From positions 45,966-109,965 of the IMG/VR virus record IMGVR_UViG_3300036985_006427: a DNA stretch of 64,000 nucleotides; one strand, given 5' to 3'. Of the stretch, positions 11,601 to 20,049 are shown piece by piece. The position numbers and the translations under genes are program-made. Every line of letters starts with the position of its first letter. Position 1 is the first letter of the stretch. The notes beneath the pieces were generated by a model. It was given only the letters and a program-made list of their open reading frames with translations. It made no database searches and had not been told where the DNA came from. The stretch comes from a virus.

Positions 11601-13987
11601 AGGTTTCCATAACCGATACGCTGTGCAGAGCTTTTGTTCACAACAAACTCACCGGGAGTCAGCAAAGCTGGAACCGTGTCTGTTCCAGCAGAACCTCCTT
11701 CAGCGAATTTAGCAACACGCGAACCAGATGTGGAACCTCCAGACGCTTTCTTTGAAGTATTTGTCGCTTTAGGTTGAATTTGTATATTTTTGAAAGTAGA
11801 TTCATATAAATCTGAAGCTAATTGATTTTTTATCTTTTTGTGAAATTCTGCTGGTGCAATATTACTGTTACTTGAGCCAGCAGACACTTTAGCGTCAATA
11901 TACTTGATATTTTTCAATGCCTTGAATAAATTCCCAGAGTTTATACCGCCGGTAAAGTCAAATGGTCTATTTTCTTCTTTAGCTTCAACAGCAATTGGCT
12001 GACCATTGAAAGCATCAACAACATCTTCAAATAAATTACCTTTTTGAGCTTGAGCTAACTTATATTGCGGAGAAAATCTAACTTCATCCCCTTTTAATTT
12101 AACGCCAGCGAAGTTTCCAAATTTATTTACTACAGATTTTATTAAAACTTTAGATTCTTCGTTTACGATATCATCGAAATTAATCTTTTGCTCATATCCA
12201 ATACCTTCTGCTAATGTAGAATATGTTTTTTGTTCAAATTGAAGTTGTTTTCGTGCTATATTTTTTATGTCGTCGGTGGACATATTTCCAGAACTGCCGT
12301 ATATGTCTTCGATTGATAATGATCTTAGTCCACCAAATCCAGTTCTTGTCTTTATAATATCATCAATAGATACTATAGCTTTTCCAACTTTTGGTTCGAG
12401 TTCTGGATTTATTATATCTGGAACTGCAATTCCGACAGAACTTTCTTGAGCTATTCCTCCAGTAGCATATCTATGCTCATTCATCGCCGCCAATTTATCA
12501 GCACCAATTTTATTGACGCTGCTCTTGCGGATTACGAATTCTCCGGGAGTGAGCATAGCCGGAACGGTGTCTTGATTTCCAACACCCGGAACAGAACCTC
12601 CTCGTGCAAAACCTAATATTCGTCCACCATCATTTTTACCCAACGTTCCCAATCCACGAATAGCAGCTCCAGCGCCAGAGGCGAAAGAACCTAGGCCCTT
12701 AGCGAATTTAAATGCAGCCATAGCAGCAATAAGAGGAACAAGCGGTTTAATAGCATCAGCGACTTTGATTAACGCACTAGCAACTTCTAAAGCTGTACGA
12801 GCAAAAAGCTGAAAAGATGTGCTTTCGGCAATACTACGAACTAAAGCTAAAAATTCTTCTTTGACTTTAGTGATTTGAACCGCTAAGGCTTGCTGTGCAG
12901 TAGCGGCATCCTTAGTCAATGAACCACTACCGGATTGCGCGACATTGAGAGCATTTTGAGCTACAGAAAACTGCTGTAGTAAAGGAATGACTTTACCAAT
13001 TTGTCTAAAACCACCGAGTTCTTCAGCTACTCTAATAAATTTAATATCACCCTCTTCTAATCCAGATAATGCTTGTGCTAATCGTTTAGAAGCTTCGAAT
13101 GGTCCAACAAATTTACCCTCCAAATCCAATAGTTCAACGCCATATTGACGTAAGAACTCAATTGTCTGGGGTCTTTGAATACGTGTAAAGATCGTTCTCA
13201 AGCCAGTGGCAATACTTTCAGCACTTTCACGAGTTGTGGCTCGAACCGATGTAAATAGAGCTAATAGTTCTTCTAAACTACCGCCAGAAGCTTTAAAAAC
13301 ACCACCAAATCTGCGAACAGCACTGATTAAGTCTTCAGCTTCAACGGCAAACGCTCCAGCAACAGCGTTAACAGAGCCAAGCTGTGCTTCTAAAGCACCA
13401 ACACCTTGTCCAAACTGAGCTAAAATAGCAACAGCACCCTCGGCAGTTTCTGTGATGCTATCGAAGTTTGGAGCAAGAGTTGTTTTAGCAAGAGCCTCAA
13501 GGGCCACTTTTAAGTCGTCTGCACCAATACCAGCTTGTGCTAATATAGTTGCTGTACTTAATAAGTCTTTACTAGAAGTGCCAAGGCCGACAGATAGTCT
13601 AGTTATTGTGTCTGTTAGGTCTCTTAATTCACCTATTGACTTACCTGTAACTTGAGAAACTTTAATGACTTCCCTTTGGAAAGCGATAGATTCATCTATT
13701 GCGCCAGCTAAAGAATTTGTAAACAAACTGACTGCACGACTTGCAATCGTAAAAGCTGCAAATCTTTTTATAGCCAAACCAAAAGATCTACCCATAGCAT
13801 CAGCGGCAGAAGAAGCTCTCTGTGTTGCCGCTGTTAATTGGTTTATCTGTTTGGTGGCAGATCCAGCGGCTTTGATAGACACTGGAATGTTAACGCCCTG
13901 AAGTTGTTGATTTATTTGCTGTACAACTTGAGAGGCGTTGTTTGGAGCTTGCAATTGAATTTGTGCAGTGAGTACAAATTTAGCCAT
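5609..13987 (-). CDS. Tail tape measure protein (2792 aa) with embedded accessory domains
   Basis: TP901-type TMP N-terminal region (ATILAQAG...LAK...; FTSVRATTRESAESIATGLRTIF), hydrophobic Gly/Ala segments, three DTVPA(M/L)LTPGEFV motifs; downstream of tail tube and chaperones. Confidence 0.9.
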   Translation of the reverse strand: MAKFVLTAQIQLQAPNNASQVVQQINQQLQGVNIPVSIKAAGSATKQINQLTAATQRASSAADAMGRSFGLAIKRFAAFTIASRAVSLFTNSLAGAIDESIAFQREVIKVSQVTGKSIGELRDLTDTITRLSVGLGTSSKDLLSTATILAQAGIGADDLKVALEALAKTTLAPNFDSITETAEGAVAILAQFGQGVGALEAQLGSVNAVAGAFAVEAEDLISAVRRFGGVFKASGGSLEELLALFTSVRATTRESAESIATGLRTIFTRIQRPQTIEFLRQYGVELLDLEGKFVGPFEASKRLAQALSGLEEGDIKFIRVAEELGGFRQIGKVIPLLQQFSVAQNALNVAQSGSGSLTKDAATAQQALAVQITKVKEEFLALVRSIAESTSFQLFARTALEVASALIKVADAIKPLVPLIAAMAAFKFAKGLGSFASGAGAAIRGLGTLGKNDGGRILGFARGGSVPGVGNQDTVPAMLTPGEFVIRKSSVNKIGADKLAAMNEHRYATGGIAQESSVGIAVPDIINPELEPKVGKAIVSIDDIIKTRTGFGGLRSLSIEDIYGSSGNMSTDDIKNIARKQLQFEQKTYSTLAEGIGYEQKINFDDIVNEESKVLIKSVVNKFGNFAGVKLKGDEVRFSPQYKLAQAQKGNLFEDVVDAFNGQPIAVEAKEENRPFDFTGGINSGNLFKALKNIKYIDAKVSAGSSNSNIAPAEFHKKIKNQLASDLYESTFKNIQIQPKATNTSKKASGGSTSGSRVAKFAEGGSAGTDTVPALLTPGEFVVNKSSAQRIGYGNLNRMNKQGVAKFAKGGSVGGGWNRFEVGGLATDEAAKDIVRARVGGKDKVKTAEDFGKAFKKVTNHLPEDIKKAILDGIEKGQGTEEYKSGIVDNIDGGSSYGQFRAGGNDKNERVFQVKTAKDKATTGTIDHEVGHLVDVAAGDKIGGGGSGYASEKEGTFQKQITDKITQALVTSMKKTGASLNFIENYAGQNREVFANLFAGSNTAAQSILASTGDAELAMIAMAEELKKSGEGFAGLSAEDLTSDVEAIHKAAIETRAELEKKRDGLKSGQAHVSGDITEKQGNINALDAQRNEQISTLTSVSDDIYVNKRKRKSDVQTSVNIKSEIKKRESALNGDSGELELLGGRDFVTKDLELLKGNLQSLAKDMASAHLQTKKLEEQETDLKDSLKKTADSLKREQDSLNSSIRIRDKLQSNLEKNAKLTQEANVKEKKAAEFLGTPTPKQPEPPAPEAAVPAPPVATTPPVTAAPPVDTTPAVPPVATTPPVTAAPPVATTPAVLPVATTPPVTAAPPVATTPAVLPVSPTKAELEAMRDAAKVTRQNLQKDRGNLQRQQVGISSSISKKEITVGSLKAKKAEQESAIDLKTKEFADLTSVKDLKTTVDVRGSSKPLNEAEIKAKIEERKLALRKKSGPNGFKDFGDSKESVEKDLNEYKKALRTHRKAQDEHAKKLNDLLKESTVMDKNLKDTNAALQREEESLKRGKEIRDKVTAELQTNAQAIKAAGVQENAAKLALGKKPSSVQRRNPAMTTVKPPVIIPPAATTNPKPGGLGYPTSLPAATPQVVPPVCPCPPVSPTSPNAGTGTGTSPTSPPTGKTRKKDDDYLLKLSVGVSAVIGGLGYLKPQIDENSSALAKFADGLVGGLQTLLAGLLGAAAAAQAFGLKLNAAGLKDIGQFFRGKSSRVGAGLQVGAKNSGLESGVKKAGEILEKFPGRLGKFGSQLTKLGPQLGKVLARSGPVLGPLIAGFAAGGIAAFALTKAVDSLTGVHEKAKKAIEQGNVAKAGETAVASANSNIVNKVTIALGILAGVLIAVSGPLGVLVGVTIGIVAIGLKLADAFGLLEGPLNAFRKTLAFFGLGPSTDTVKQEARLAAARKKQENEASKNANDVAMAMQRVESGSSTLTDEFTKGNLTGNLNNEFGVLAQSIALSNSRIEDVNNSFWALEGASTMAGLAIAGPLGALVGSMLQGQLDKSNDKKRAEALKEQIPDQEKATTAFMEQLPMFGNVLADQIMRGATADEAERTVTDNSAFKAATTSQFSPAEQARIDANVQQSQGPGARVFSDLEQQEIKIRGFEKQREEAGKQSLKAAKEQAIRQLALIKATNFGLGTLSDSLDATNKKLSKLLTIDQVGDKFGDSLDILQTALTSAAGTLSAKELDGAIATLEGTLREAGASEAAIGNASGAAKGFNTAFSRLNKDSDSFANIQKKLTEKGPAGATPQEISRILSEELTAGLDPEVATRINAGLDEASSKFNGEDLAEIQAGNFGPLREALQKTSDAFNKEVLGVLQKRSEAEQLLIKGIQQRIASEQEYVAAQRRAIELQLEAGKIFEEFGGKALTAGEKQQARVASFNVGAEAVGVRGLQTGNAGDIQSVSADISNQFLQLEERARAGAVSGERAFSGGAGAEEDTRERLKALQQDLISQTKQEIEARKEELQLIQRKNQAEKDSLESLISGDIEGFLEKQAAAGAGAALASGSSALTSLFSGSALGAGFKTLEGQGLSDDKKRRAEDLTLQRFGVQSTGVLSGTTTEEQAKKAEGRELATTLGQLGQQAAEFERAEVNTKQAIVYAQELTIGDIGKQLNQALGGAAAAPAQAPAAAPAPPGLYRGGPVYANRGMFVPRGTDTVPAMLTPGEFVVNRSSVQRGNNLQILQAMNKGGGASAPGAMSGGGKARYYNVGGAVDGVGSAFSAAIPQLTTIFNNFAATVDKLIGSKFQVALDTTNINVNFNGASFLETMKEDIKQELLTEVGKQISQFKTNTSGDLKKTNSVLG
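10027..10220. repeat. About three 63-bp tandem repeats encoding a Pro/Thr/Val/Ala linker in the tape measure
   Basis: Unit PPVATTPPVTAA-PPVATTPAV repeated; GGAGTAGTAGCCACTGGA recurs at the DNA level. Confidence 0.95.
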
Positions 13988-14014
13988 GACTTGGTCTTAC
14001 CTTTTTATGTAAAT

Positions 14015-14935
14015 TTAGACTACACTTTCCGCTTCACTTTCCTCTTCACTTTCCGTATTCTTTTCTGTCGTTTTTTTACTCTTTGTTTTTGGTTTCTTTA
14101 CACTTTCAGGTTCTACAGTCAGTTCTACGATCAGGTCGTTTTCATAGTCGGCTAATTCATAAGTTCCCTCTTGAGTTAACTTAGAACCTTCTCGATCTAT
14201 TCTGTTGCCTTGATCGTCGATGTAATAACCGTCTTTGTCGATATTTTTACCCTTTGTATCAACCAACTGGCTTGGGTTTTGAGGATCAACCAAACTCAAA
14301 TCTTCATTCACCAAACCAAACTTTGTAAGGAATTTATTTTCTGGTAAATTCTTCTCAAAATCACTGTCTAAATTATACAGTATCTTTCCCAGCAACCCTG
14401 CGCAAGCGTAGGCTATTTCGTCCGCACTTTTATTATTATACTCATTAAAGTCTTTATAAACGCGAGTTCCGTTTTTATAGAAAGAGCAACTAGCAACGAG
14501 ATAATCGAATCTAGAGTTGTCGGCTAAATTATCAGCCGTATTTTCTTCCAGAGTGATTCTTTCTGTGATCAAGTCTCTCAACTCAAAGCGTTTTCTTCTG
14601 ATTTGAATGGCAACGTCTCTGCCTTCAGATAACTTTGGCTTTGCTTTGCCAATTTTGCCTTGATAGAGTTCTCTTTCGAGCATCAATATTTCTTTGGTTA
14701 TTTCTTCTTCTTCTCTGTCTTTGGATTCATCCCAAATGCCACGCTTTCTCATGAAAACTGCTAGTTCTTTTTTGGTCAAGATATCATCTTGAATACATTG
14801 ATTCCAAACCTTGGATTTGTATCTTTCAGCCATCTTCAAAACTTCATTGCTTGGCTTTTGTACGTAAATTTCAACTTCCTTGATTTCACCGTCAACGTTA
14901 ACGCTAACCTTGGTTTCCATCTTATTATTAATCAT
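14015..14935 (-). CDS. Putative tail assembly chaperone
   Basis: 306-aa charged ORF immediately upstream of the tape measure; function inferred from position. Confidence 0.5.
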   Translation of the reverse strand: MINNKMETKVSVNVDGEIKEVEIYVQKPSNEVLKMAERYKSKVWNQCIQDDILTKKELAVFMRKRGIWDESKDREEEEITKEILMLERELYQGKIGKAKPKLSEGRDVAIQIRRKRFELRDLITERITLEENTADNLADNSRFDYLVASCSFYKNGTRVYKDFNEYNNKSADEIAYACAGLLGKILYNLDSDFEKNLPENKFLTKFGLVNEDLSLVDPQNPSQLVDTKGKNIDKDGYYIDDQGNRIDREGSKLTQEGTYELADYENDLIVELTVEPESVKKPKTKSKKTTEKNTESEEESEAESVV

Positions 14936-15305
14936 TCTGTTCCCCTTTTCCTTTTATTCTTGTATAAACTGGAAGAGTCGCCTGATATCTCAACCATTTG
15001 ACATCATACTGGGCTAACTCGGCATCAACATTCCTGCATTGAGTGTTTCCCTTGTCGAGAATCTCAGATCTAACTTTTTGAAAAATTTCATACATAATTA
15101 TTTGTTCAGGTGATAATTCCCCTTCCTTTGATAACCATAAAAATGAAAAATGATCTTCCATAGAGCTTAAAGCTCCAATCATTGTTGTTTCCACTTTTTT
15201 CTTTAAAATTTTACTCAATCTGTCCCGAGAGTCTTGCTTGTACTTGTCCTCTCTTACACTTTTATACTCTGATTGCTTTCTTATCAATTCTTCGAAATTG
15301 TCCAT
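14928..15305 (-). CDS. Hypothetical tail-module protein
   Basis: 125-aa ORF with AGGAGG SD, coupled to neighbours. Confidence 0.7.
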   Translation of the reverse strand: MDNFEELIRKQSEYKSVREDKYKQDSRDRLSKILKKKVETTMIGALSSMEDHFSFLWLSKEGELSPEQIIMYEIFQKVRSEILDKGNTQCRNVDAELAQYDVKWLRYQATLPVYTRIKGKGEQND

Positions 15306-15307
15306 CT

Positions 15308-16342
15308 TTACCTCCTTTTATCCTTCATCATTTGATGTTGAGTAGCTTGAACTTCTATTTTCTTATCTTGAAAGTCAAGGTCTGTAACGTTACCAAGACG
15401 TTTAACTGTATCTAATCTTTGTTTTCTGACTATTTCAGCTCCAAACGAATTCATGCCATGGATATTTTCAGCCTCTTTGGCAGAGTCCGTCATGATCATG
15501 ATCTCATCTGAATTTGCTATTTTTTGATTTGATGTTTTTGATTCTAATTCACTCTTGGCTTTTTCGCTTTTTTGTTTTCTTTTCTGTAAGATAAACCAAC
15601 CGTCGAGCATGTCGTCGTCGGCTATAACTTCTTCTGTTGGACACTCCATAGACTCTTGAATGTTATCATACATACTTGACCAGAGTATCAATGACTTTTG
15701 ATCATTTGATAATACTCTGTTTGTTTCGTTTCCAAAAAGAGCGGAGTAGCTTTTAGAATGCCAACAAACTCTCCAAGGGTCGTTTCTCGCTAGATCTCTG
15801 ATTTGCTTTTCTGATAATTGTATTGAATTATATAGATAGTATAGTTCTGTCAAATCTACATTTCCGATGTCCAACAACTCATTGCCAACAAAACAACACT
15901 TGCCAAATAAAAACAGCGACTTTTCTTGAGTGGCAATACCTTCACACGTTTTACTGAAAAGGTCATCTTTTTCATTGTTGAGTTTGATCAAAGCTTTTTC
16001 AGCAGCCCTGATATAAAGTCTGATGGTTTCTCTTAGCTTTTCTTTGCTTCTGGAGTTGAAGATTTCTACTTTCAGCTTGTCTATATCTTTTTTACAACCT
16101 TCAATTTTTTCTTCTTTTTCTTTTGTCCACAATCCATGACCTTTCATCCATTCTAACATTTCTTCGTACGTAAGAATATCATCCGATCTAGCTGCATCAA
16201 AAGATTCCATGAAGACTTCGTTGGCTAAAAACTCATCTTCTATGGTTGGAGTTACAACCTTTACTCGAACATTTTCTAATTTTAGAATATAAAATCCAGA
16301 TCTTATTCTTGATATGAAATACTCCCGTTCATAAGAGTTCAT
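15308..16342 (-). CDS. Putative tail assembly chaperone
   Basis: 344-aa charged helical ORF between tail tube and tape measure; GAGG SD. Confidence 0.5.
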   Translation of the reverse strand: MNSYEREYFISRIRSGFYILKLENVRVKVVTPTIEDEFLANEVFMESFDAARSDDILTYEEMLEWMKGHGLWTKEKEEKIEGCKKDIDKLKVEIFNSRSKEKLRETIRLYIRAAEKALIKLNNEKDDLFSKTCEGIATQEKSLFLFGKCCFVGNELLDIGNVDLTELYYLYNSIQLSEKQIRDLARNDPWRVCWHSKSYSALFGNETNRVLSNDQKSLILWSSMYDNIQESMECPTEEVIADDDMLDGWFILQKRKQKSEKAKSELESKTSNQKIANSDEIMIMTDSAKEAENIHGMNSFGAEIVRKQRLDTVKRLGNVTDLDFQDKKIEVQATQHQMMKDKRR

Positions 16343-16476
16343 AAAAACCTCATGATACGGGAGTTTAGTGATTTCATAAAAAAGTCCTTCCTCACCCCAT
16401 CGTCACTCGCTATCCTGTGTCGCTATCGCAGTTCAGGGGTGTGTCCATCAGTAACAAAAACTTACCGATAATTACA

Positions 16477-17664
16477 TCAACCTATCAAGCCAGTTGGAAA
16501 CGTTCCCTGACCAACGTCGTTCGCACGCTTTGAGGTTACACCAGCGTTTAGCGTCAAAGCTCCAAATCCAATATAACCGCTTGCTTGGGCAATGTCTTGT
16601 ACGTCCAATGAATTGAAATTCTGGAAGCTATATGAGCAAGATACGTTTCCTCCACCAGCATCTCCTCCACCATAACTAACGCTCGTTAATTTATTCTTGT
16701 TTCCAAGATCGAACGCAACTCCGCATCTCAGAAGTAAAAATATAGGCTCATTTCTAAGGTTATTGCCAGAGTCAACTGTTCCGGTAAGAGATGCGGCTCC
16801 TGCTTCGAGAGCATCAACAAAATCTCCAGAAGTTGTGATAGCTTCAATCTCACAAGTTACTTCTACAGGAAAAGTAGCTGGTCGAAAGAAAGCTGCTTTT
16901 CTTCCAAGTTCAAGAATGTCCTCACGACCAAAGTCGGTGCTGCAAGTGAAATTCTGAATATGAACCCTTGGATTAGTGCCATTCAAACCATTGCCATAAC
17001 CACTTGCGGCAGTTCCAATGTTCAAGACACCATCAATAACCCTTGGCAGAATCGATCCGGCCAACAGTACGTCTTCGCGTCTTTGAACGCCTCCGCTAGG
17101 TGATGAGTCAATACCAAGAGCTTTTGGAGAGTCGCTTCCGTTAAAAGAAGCCACATCAGCAGATGCGATCTGTTGACCTGTCACTAGCCATCTTTTGTTG
17201 TTGCCCACCAAGGTTACTGATTCTGTACAGTTTCCATCAACAGGAACTGTATAACTAATGGATGAAACCGCCATTCCAGAACAATAAACTTCTACTTCTG
17301 CATTTTGGCCAGCAACATTGTTTTTCTGAGCGTCAAAAATACCAAGTCTAAGATCGCACTTGGTGTCAGCTCGACCAACAATGCCGCTATTGCTTGTTCC
17401 AACAACACCAACAGTAGCCATGTGGTAAATCAATGGGTATCCATCTATTACTTTTTCTAGGGTAACCTCGATATCTGGAGTACCTTCAATGTTTTCATAA
17501 ATTTCTACTTGACCAAGCTCAAAAACCTGTTCAAGGTTGAAACTTGTGTTGATACCTACGCTTTGTACGCCGTGAACCATGTCTGTAGCGTCAATACCGG
17601 CGTCACCCTCGTTGGTGATAGCCAAAGCTTGACAGGCGTAAAATATTCTCTTATTGTTTGACAT
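16477..17664 (-). CDS. Major tail (tube) protein
   Basis: 395 aa, beta-rich (GVQSVGINTSFNLEQVFELGQVEIYE), strong AGGAGA SD, own GTGTATTAT promoter-like motif, syntenic position. Confidence 0.7.
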   Translation of the reverse strand: MSNNKRIFYACQALAITNEGDAGIDATDMVHGVQSVGINTSFNLEQVFELGQVEIYENIEGTPDIEVTLEKVIDGYPLIYHMATVGVVGTSNSGIVGRADTKCDLRLGIFDAQKNNVAGQNAEVEVYCSGMAVSSISYTVPVDGNCTESVTLVGNNKRWLVTGQQIASADVASFNGSDSPKALGIDSSPSGGVQRREDVLLAGSILPRVIDGVLNIGTAASGYGNGLNGTNPRVHIQNFTCSTDFGREDILELGRKAAFFRPATFPVEVTCEIEAITTSGDFVDALEAGAASLTGTVDSGNNLRNEPIFLLLRCGVAFDLGNKNKLTSVSYGGGDAGGGNVSCSYSFQNFNSLDVQDIAQASGYIGFGALTLNAGVTSKRANDVGQGTFPTGLIG

Positions 17665-17718
17665 TATATCTCTCCTGAGTTAAAATGAAAGATCGCTATT
17701 AAATAATACACAAAAATG

Positions 17719-18699
17719 CTAAATATTTGTCTTTATTCCCAATGTGCAGAACCTCACAATACCTCCAAATAAATTAGGACTCACCATGTCCATTTTCTCG
17801 ACGACGGTGTTTTCCATACGAAAAGGACCAGCGTTATAATTCTCTATCAATTCTGGGTACAAAATAGCGCTTGGATTAGGATAACCTAAATGATTTATAG
17901 GGTATTTATTCTCACTGTTTAGCCTATCGCTATCAATAACATATACGCTTTTATCATTTTGAAGCGAAACTATATCCACCAGCATATTGCGTGTTTGTTC
18001 GTCTTCAGCTATGCAATGAGCTATAACATCTGTGTAAACCCATTGACCGCCACCAAGTTGGTACGGTTTGAACTTTCTGATTGGAACAATTTCAAAAGCT
18101 ATAGCTGGTAATTGTAATCTATTTTCTGGAGGAATATCCCAAGCCCCAGTGCTCACGTCATAGAAATTATTATTTGGCTGGTTGCTGTTTGTTTGAATCT
18201 GCCTCAACCAAGGCACATTGTTTGCATAAACTATATTTATGTATTTGTATGAATATTCTACTTGAACCAAAGATCCACTTGGTACGGCAGAATTAAATAT
18301 AACCCTACCGTTAAAATAATCAACATGGTGAGCGTATGTGCCCACTCCAGAATTTGGCTGAAACTGATTGTTCACATAAATGCCACTTATTCCGGGAAAG
18401 TTTGCATTTGATCCAACCTTTGGCGATGCCATTCCAATTCCAGACACTCCACTTTGCCAAACCCAGTTTTTTCTAAAACCCTCCCAAACTTGTCCAGAAG
18501 TATAAGAGTCGTTGGATGAGAGTCTAAGACGACTCATATCAAGACCATTTGGAGAAGTTTCACCTTTTGTTACATTGAAGTAATTGCCTTTTTCAAGCAA
18601 TGCCCAGTCAAAATATTCGACCAAGGCGTCTTGAATATTGTTGTTTAAACTGTAATCATTTATGCTTGTGAAACCTTTTAAGCCGTCATAATTAGCCAT
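17719..18699 (-). CDS. Putative tail completion/terminator protein
   Basis: Likely start MANYDG at 18699 with GGAGG SD; lies just upstream of the tube gene. Confidence 0.5.
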   Translation of the reverse strand: MANYDGLKGFTSINDYSLNNNIQDALVEYFDWALLEKGNYFNVTKGETSPNGLDMSRLRLSSNDSYTSGQVWEGFRKNWVWQSGVSGIGMASPKVGSNANFPGISGIYVNNQFQPNSGVGTYAHHVDYFNGRVIFNSAVPSGSLVQVEYSYKYINIVYANNVPWLRQIQTNSNQPNNNFYDVSTGAWDIPPENRLQLPAIAFEIVPIRKFKPYQLGGGQWVYTDVIAHCIAEDEQTRNMLVDIVSLQNDKSVYVIDSDRLNSENKYPINHLGYPNPSAILYPELIENYNAGPFRMENTVVEKMDMVSPNLFGGIVRFCTLGIKTNI

Positions 18700-19324
18700 A
18701 GAAAGCATCCTCCATTATCGAAGATAGCTCTTTGTCTCTGCCCTGTAGGGCTCTGGTGATAAAATTATTTTCTGCTGTACCCGCAAAATTAGGAGGAATT
18801 CTCCATAAATTTCCCGACACCATTGTTCCTCCTCCAGATCTTCCAGAATTATCTGGCTTGTATGTATATCCAGAAACGATAGTGTTTGAACCTTGAGTCA
18901 ACAACCAATTCAACCAAGGCAATCGAGCGGACGTAGCCTGAATCACAGCTTCAGGCAAGCCCAGAATATTGGAAAAATTATCTGGTTGTAAGTAAAAAAT
19001 TATTCCACCTTGAAGCTTGTCGTTTATTTCTTCAAATTCCACAGCAACGCTTTTCGCTACAGCCAAAGATATTGCCTCTATCGCCTGATTGGATGTTCCA
19101 GTTATAAAACCAAGTTGTGCGTTCAAGCTGTTTAAAACACCCTCATCTAATATACTGGAGATTTCCGGTTGTTCAAAAATCCAACCCTGAACCAAAGATC
19201 TGACTTGGTCTTCTGCTTTTTTATGGTTCTTTTTTAATTTCAAATTCAAATCCTTGGCCATTGCTGTGAACAAGGTTTTTTGTATTGAATTTTTAGAACC
19301 GGATAATTTTAATGAGATGCTCAT
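18692..19324 (-). CDS. Putative neck/tail completion protein
   Basis: Likely start MSISLK overlapping the upstream stop (ATGA); position in head-tail module. Confidence 0.45.
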   Translation of the reverse strand: MSISLKLSGSKNSIQKTLFTAMAKDLNLKLKKNHKKAEDQVRSLVQGWIFEQPEISSILDEGVLNSLNAQLGFITGTSNQAIEAISLAVAKSVAVEFEEINDKLQGGIIFYLQPDNFSNILGLPEAVIQATSARLPWLNWLLTQGSNTIVSGYTYKPDNSGRSGGGTMVSGNLWRIPPNFAGTAENNFITRALQGRDKELSSIMEDAFYG

Positions 19325-19806
19325 GTTGCTCGCTGCCAAAAACAACCAAAATAGCGGTTTTGTCTTAAACCCATTGGAAAAGGTTCACCAAATTTAGTGA
19401 ACTTAAACTCTCGTAAATCTTTGATATTGTTGTGAACCACGAGGTATTTTGCCCTCATGACTTTGTCTAAATCAGAAGCAAAGAATATAGTTTGAATACT
19501 GTTGTCTGGAGCAACAATGTCGCCACCAAGCTTGATCCAGCTTCTGCTGTCCCAGTACACCTTTAATCTGATGGTTTCAAGCTTTTCAACTTCTTTAAAA
19601 GTTTTATCAGCACGCTTGTAATTGTCAGATTGTAGTCTGTGGGCGTTTACGGATTTGTTGTACGGAATATTATCATAGGTATTGGATATTTCTTCTACCT
19701 TTTCTATAAACACCAGCGTACAATCAATACCAAATATATCTGTGATTGTAGAATCAATGATATCATAGTATTTTATAAAAACGCTCTCTGGAATATTGAT
19801 AGGCAT
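19321..19806 (-). CDS. Putative head closure protein
   Basis: 161 aa, GGAG SD, synteny. Confidence 0.45.
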   Translation of the reverse strand: MPINIPESVFIKYYDIIDSTITDIFGIDCTLVFIEKVEEISNTYDNIPYNKSVNAHRLQSDNYKRADKTFKEVEKLETIRLKVYWDSRSWIKLGGDIVAPDNSIQTIFFASDLDKVMRAKYLVVHNNIKDLREFKFTKFGEPFPMGLRQNRYFGCFWQRAT

Positions 19807-19818
19807 AATTTACTCCAA

Positions 19819-20031
19819 TCAAGAAGCTCCACCACCGTAATGTTCATCGAATCTGCCGCTGGTTCTAACGTTCATAACACCAGAAGTGACGTACTGATTT
19901 ACATCTGGCGATCTTTTTTCAACAGAAGCAGAGCCAGCTTCAGTTACAAAAGTAACCATGGAGCCATTTTGTATTCCGTTTGCAGGAATCACAGGCTGCA
20001 CTGCGTAAGGATGACCCATTTTATTCTCCAA
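19819..20031 (-). CDS. Small hypothetical protein
   Basis: Fills a gap in the operon; GGAGA SD before the internal MGHPY start. Confidence 0.6.
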   Translation of the reverse strand: MENKMGHPYAVQPVIPANGIQNGSMVTFVTEAGSASVEKRSPDVNQYVTSGVMNVRTSGRFDEHYGGGAS

Positions 20032-20049
20032 TATAAGTTGATTGCTAGT

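Noticed and set aside
14015-16342. Programmed frameshift in tail chaperones
   Set aside because: Three discrete ORFs with their own starts; no convincing slippery site at the junctions.
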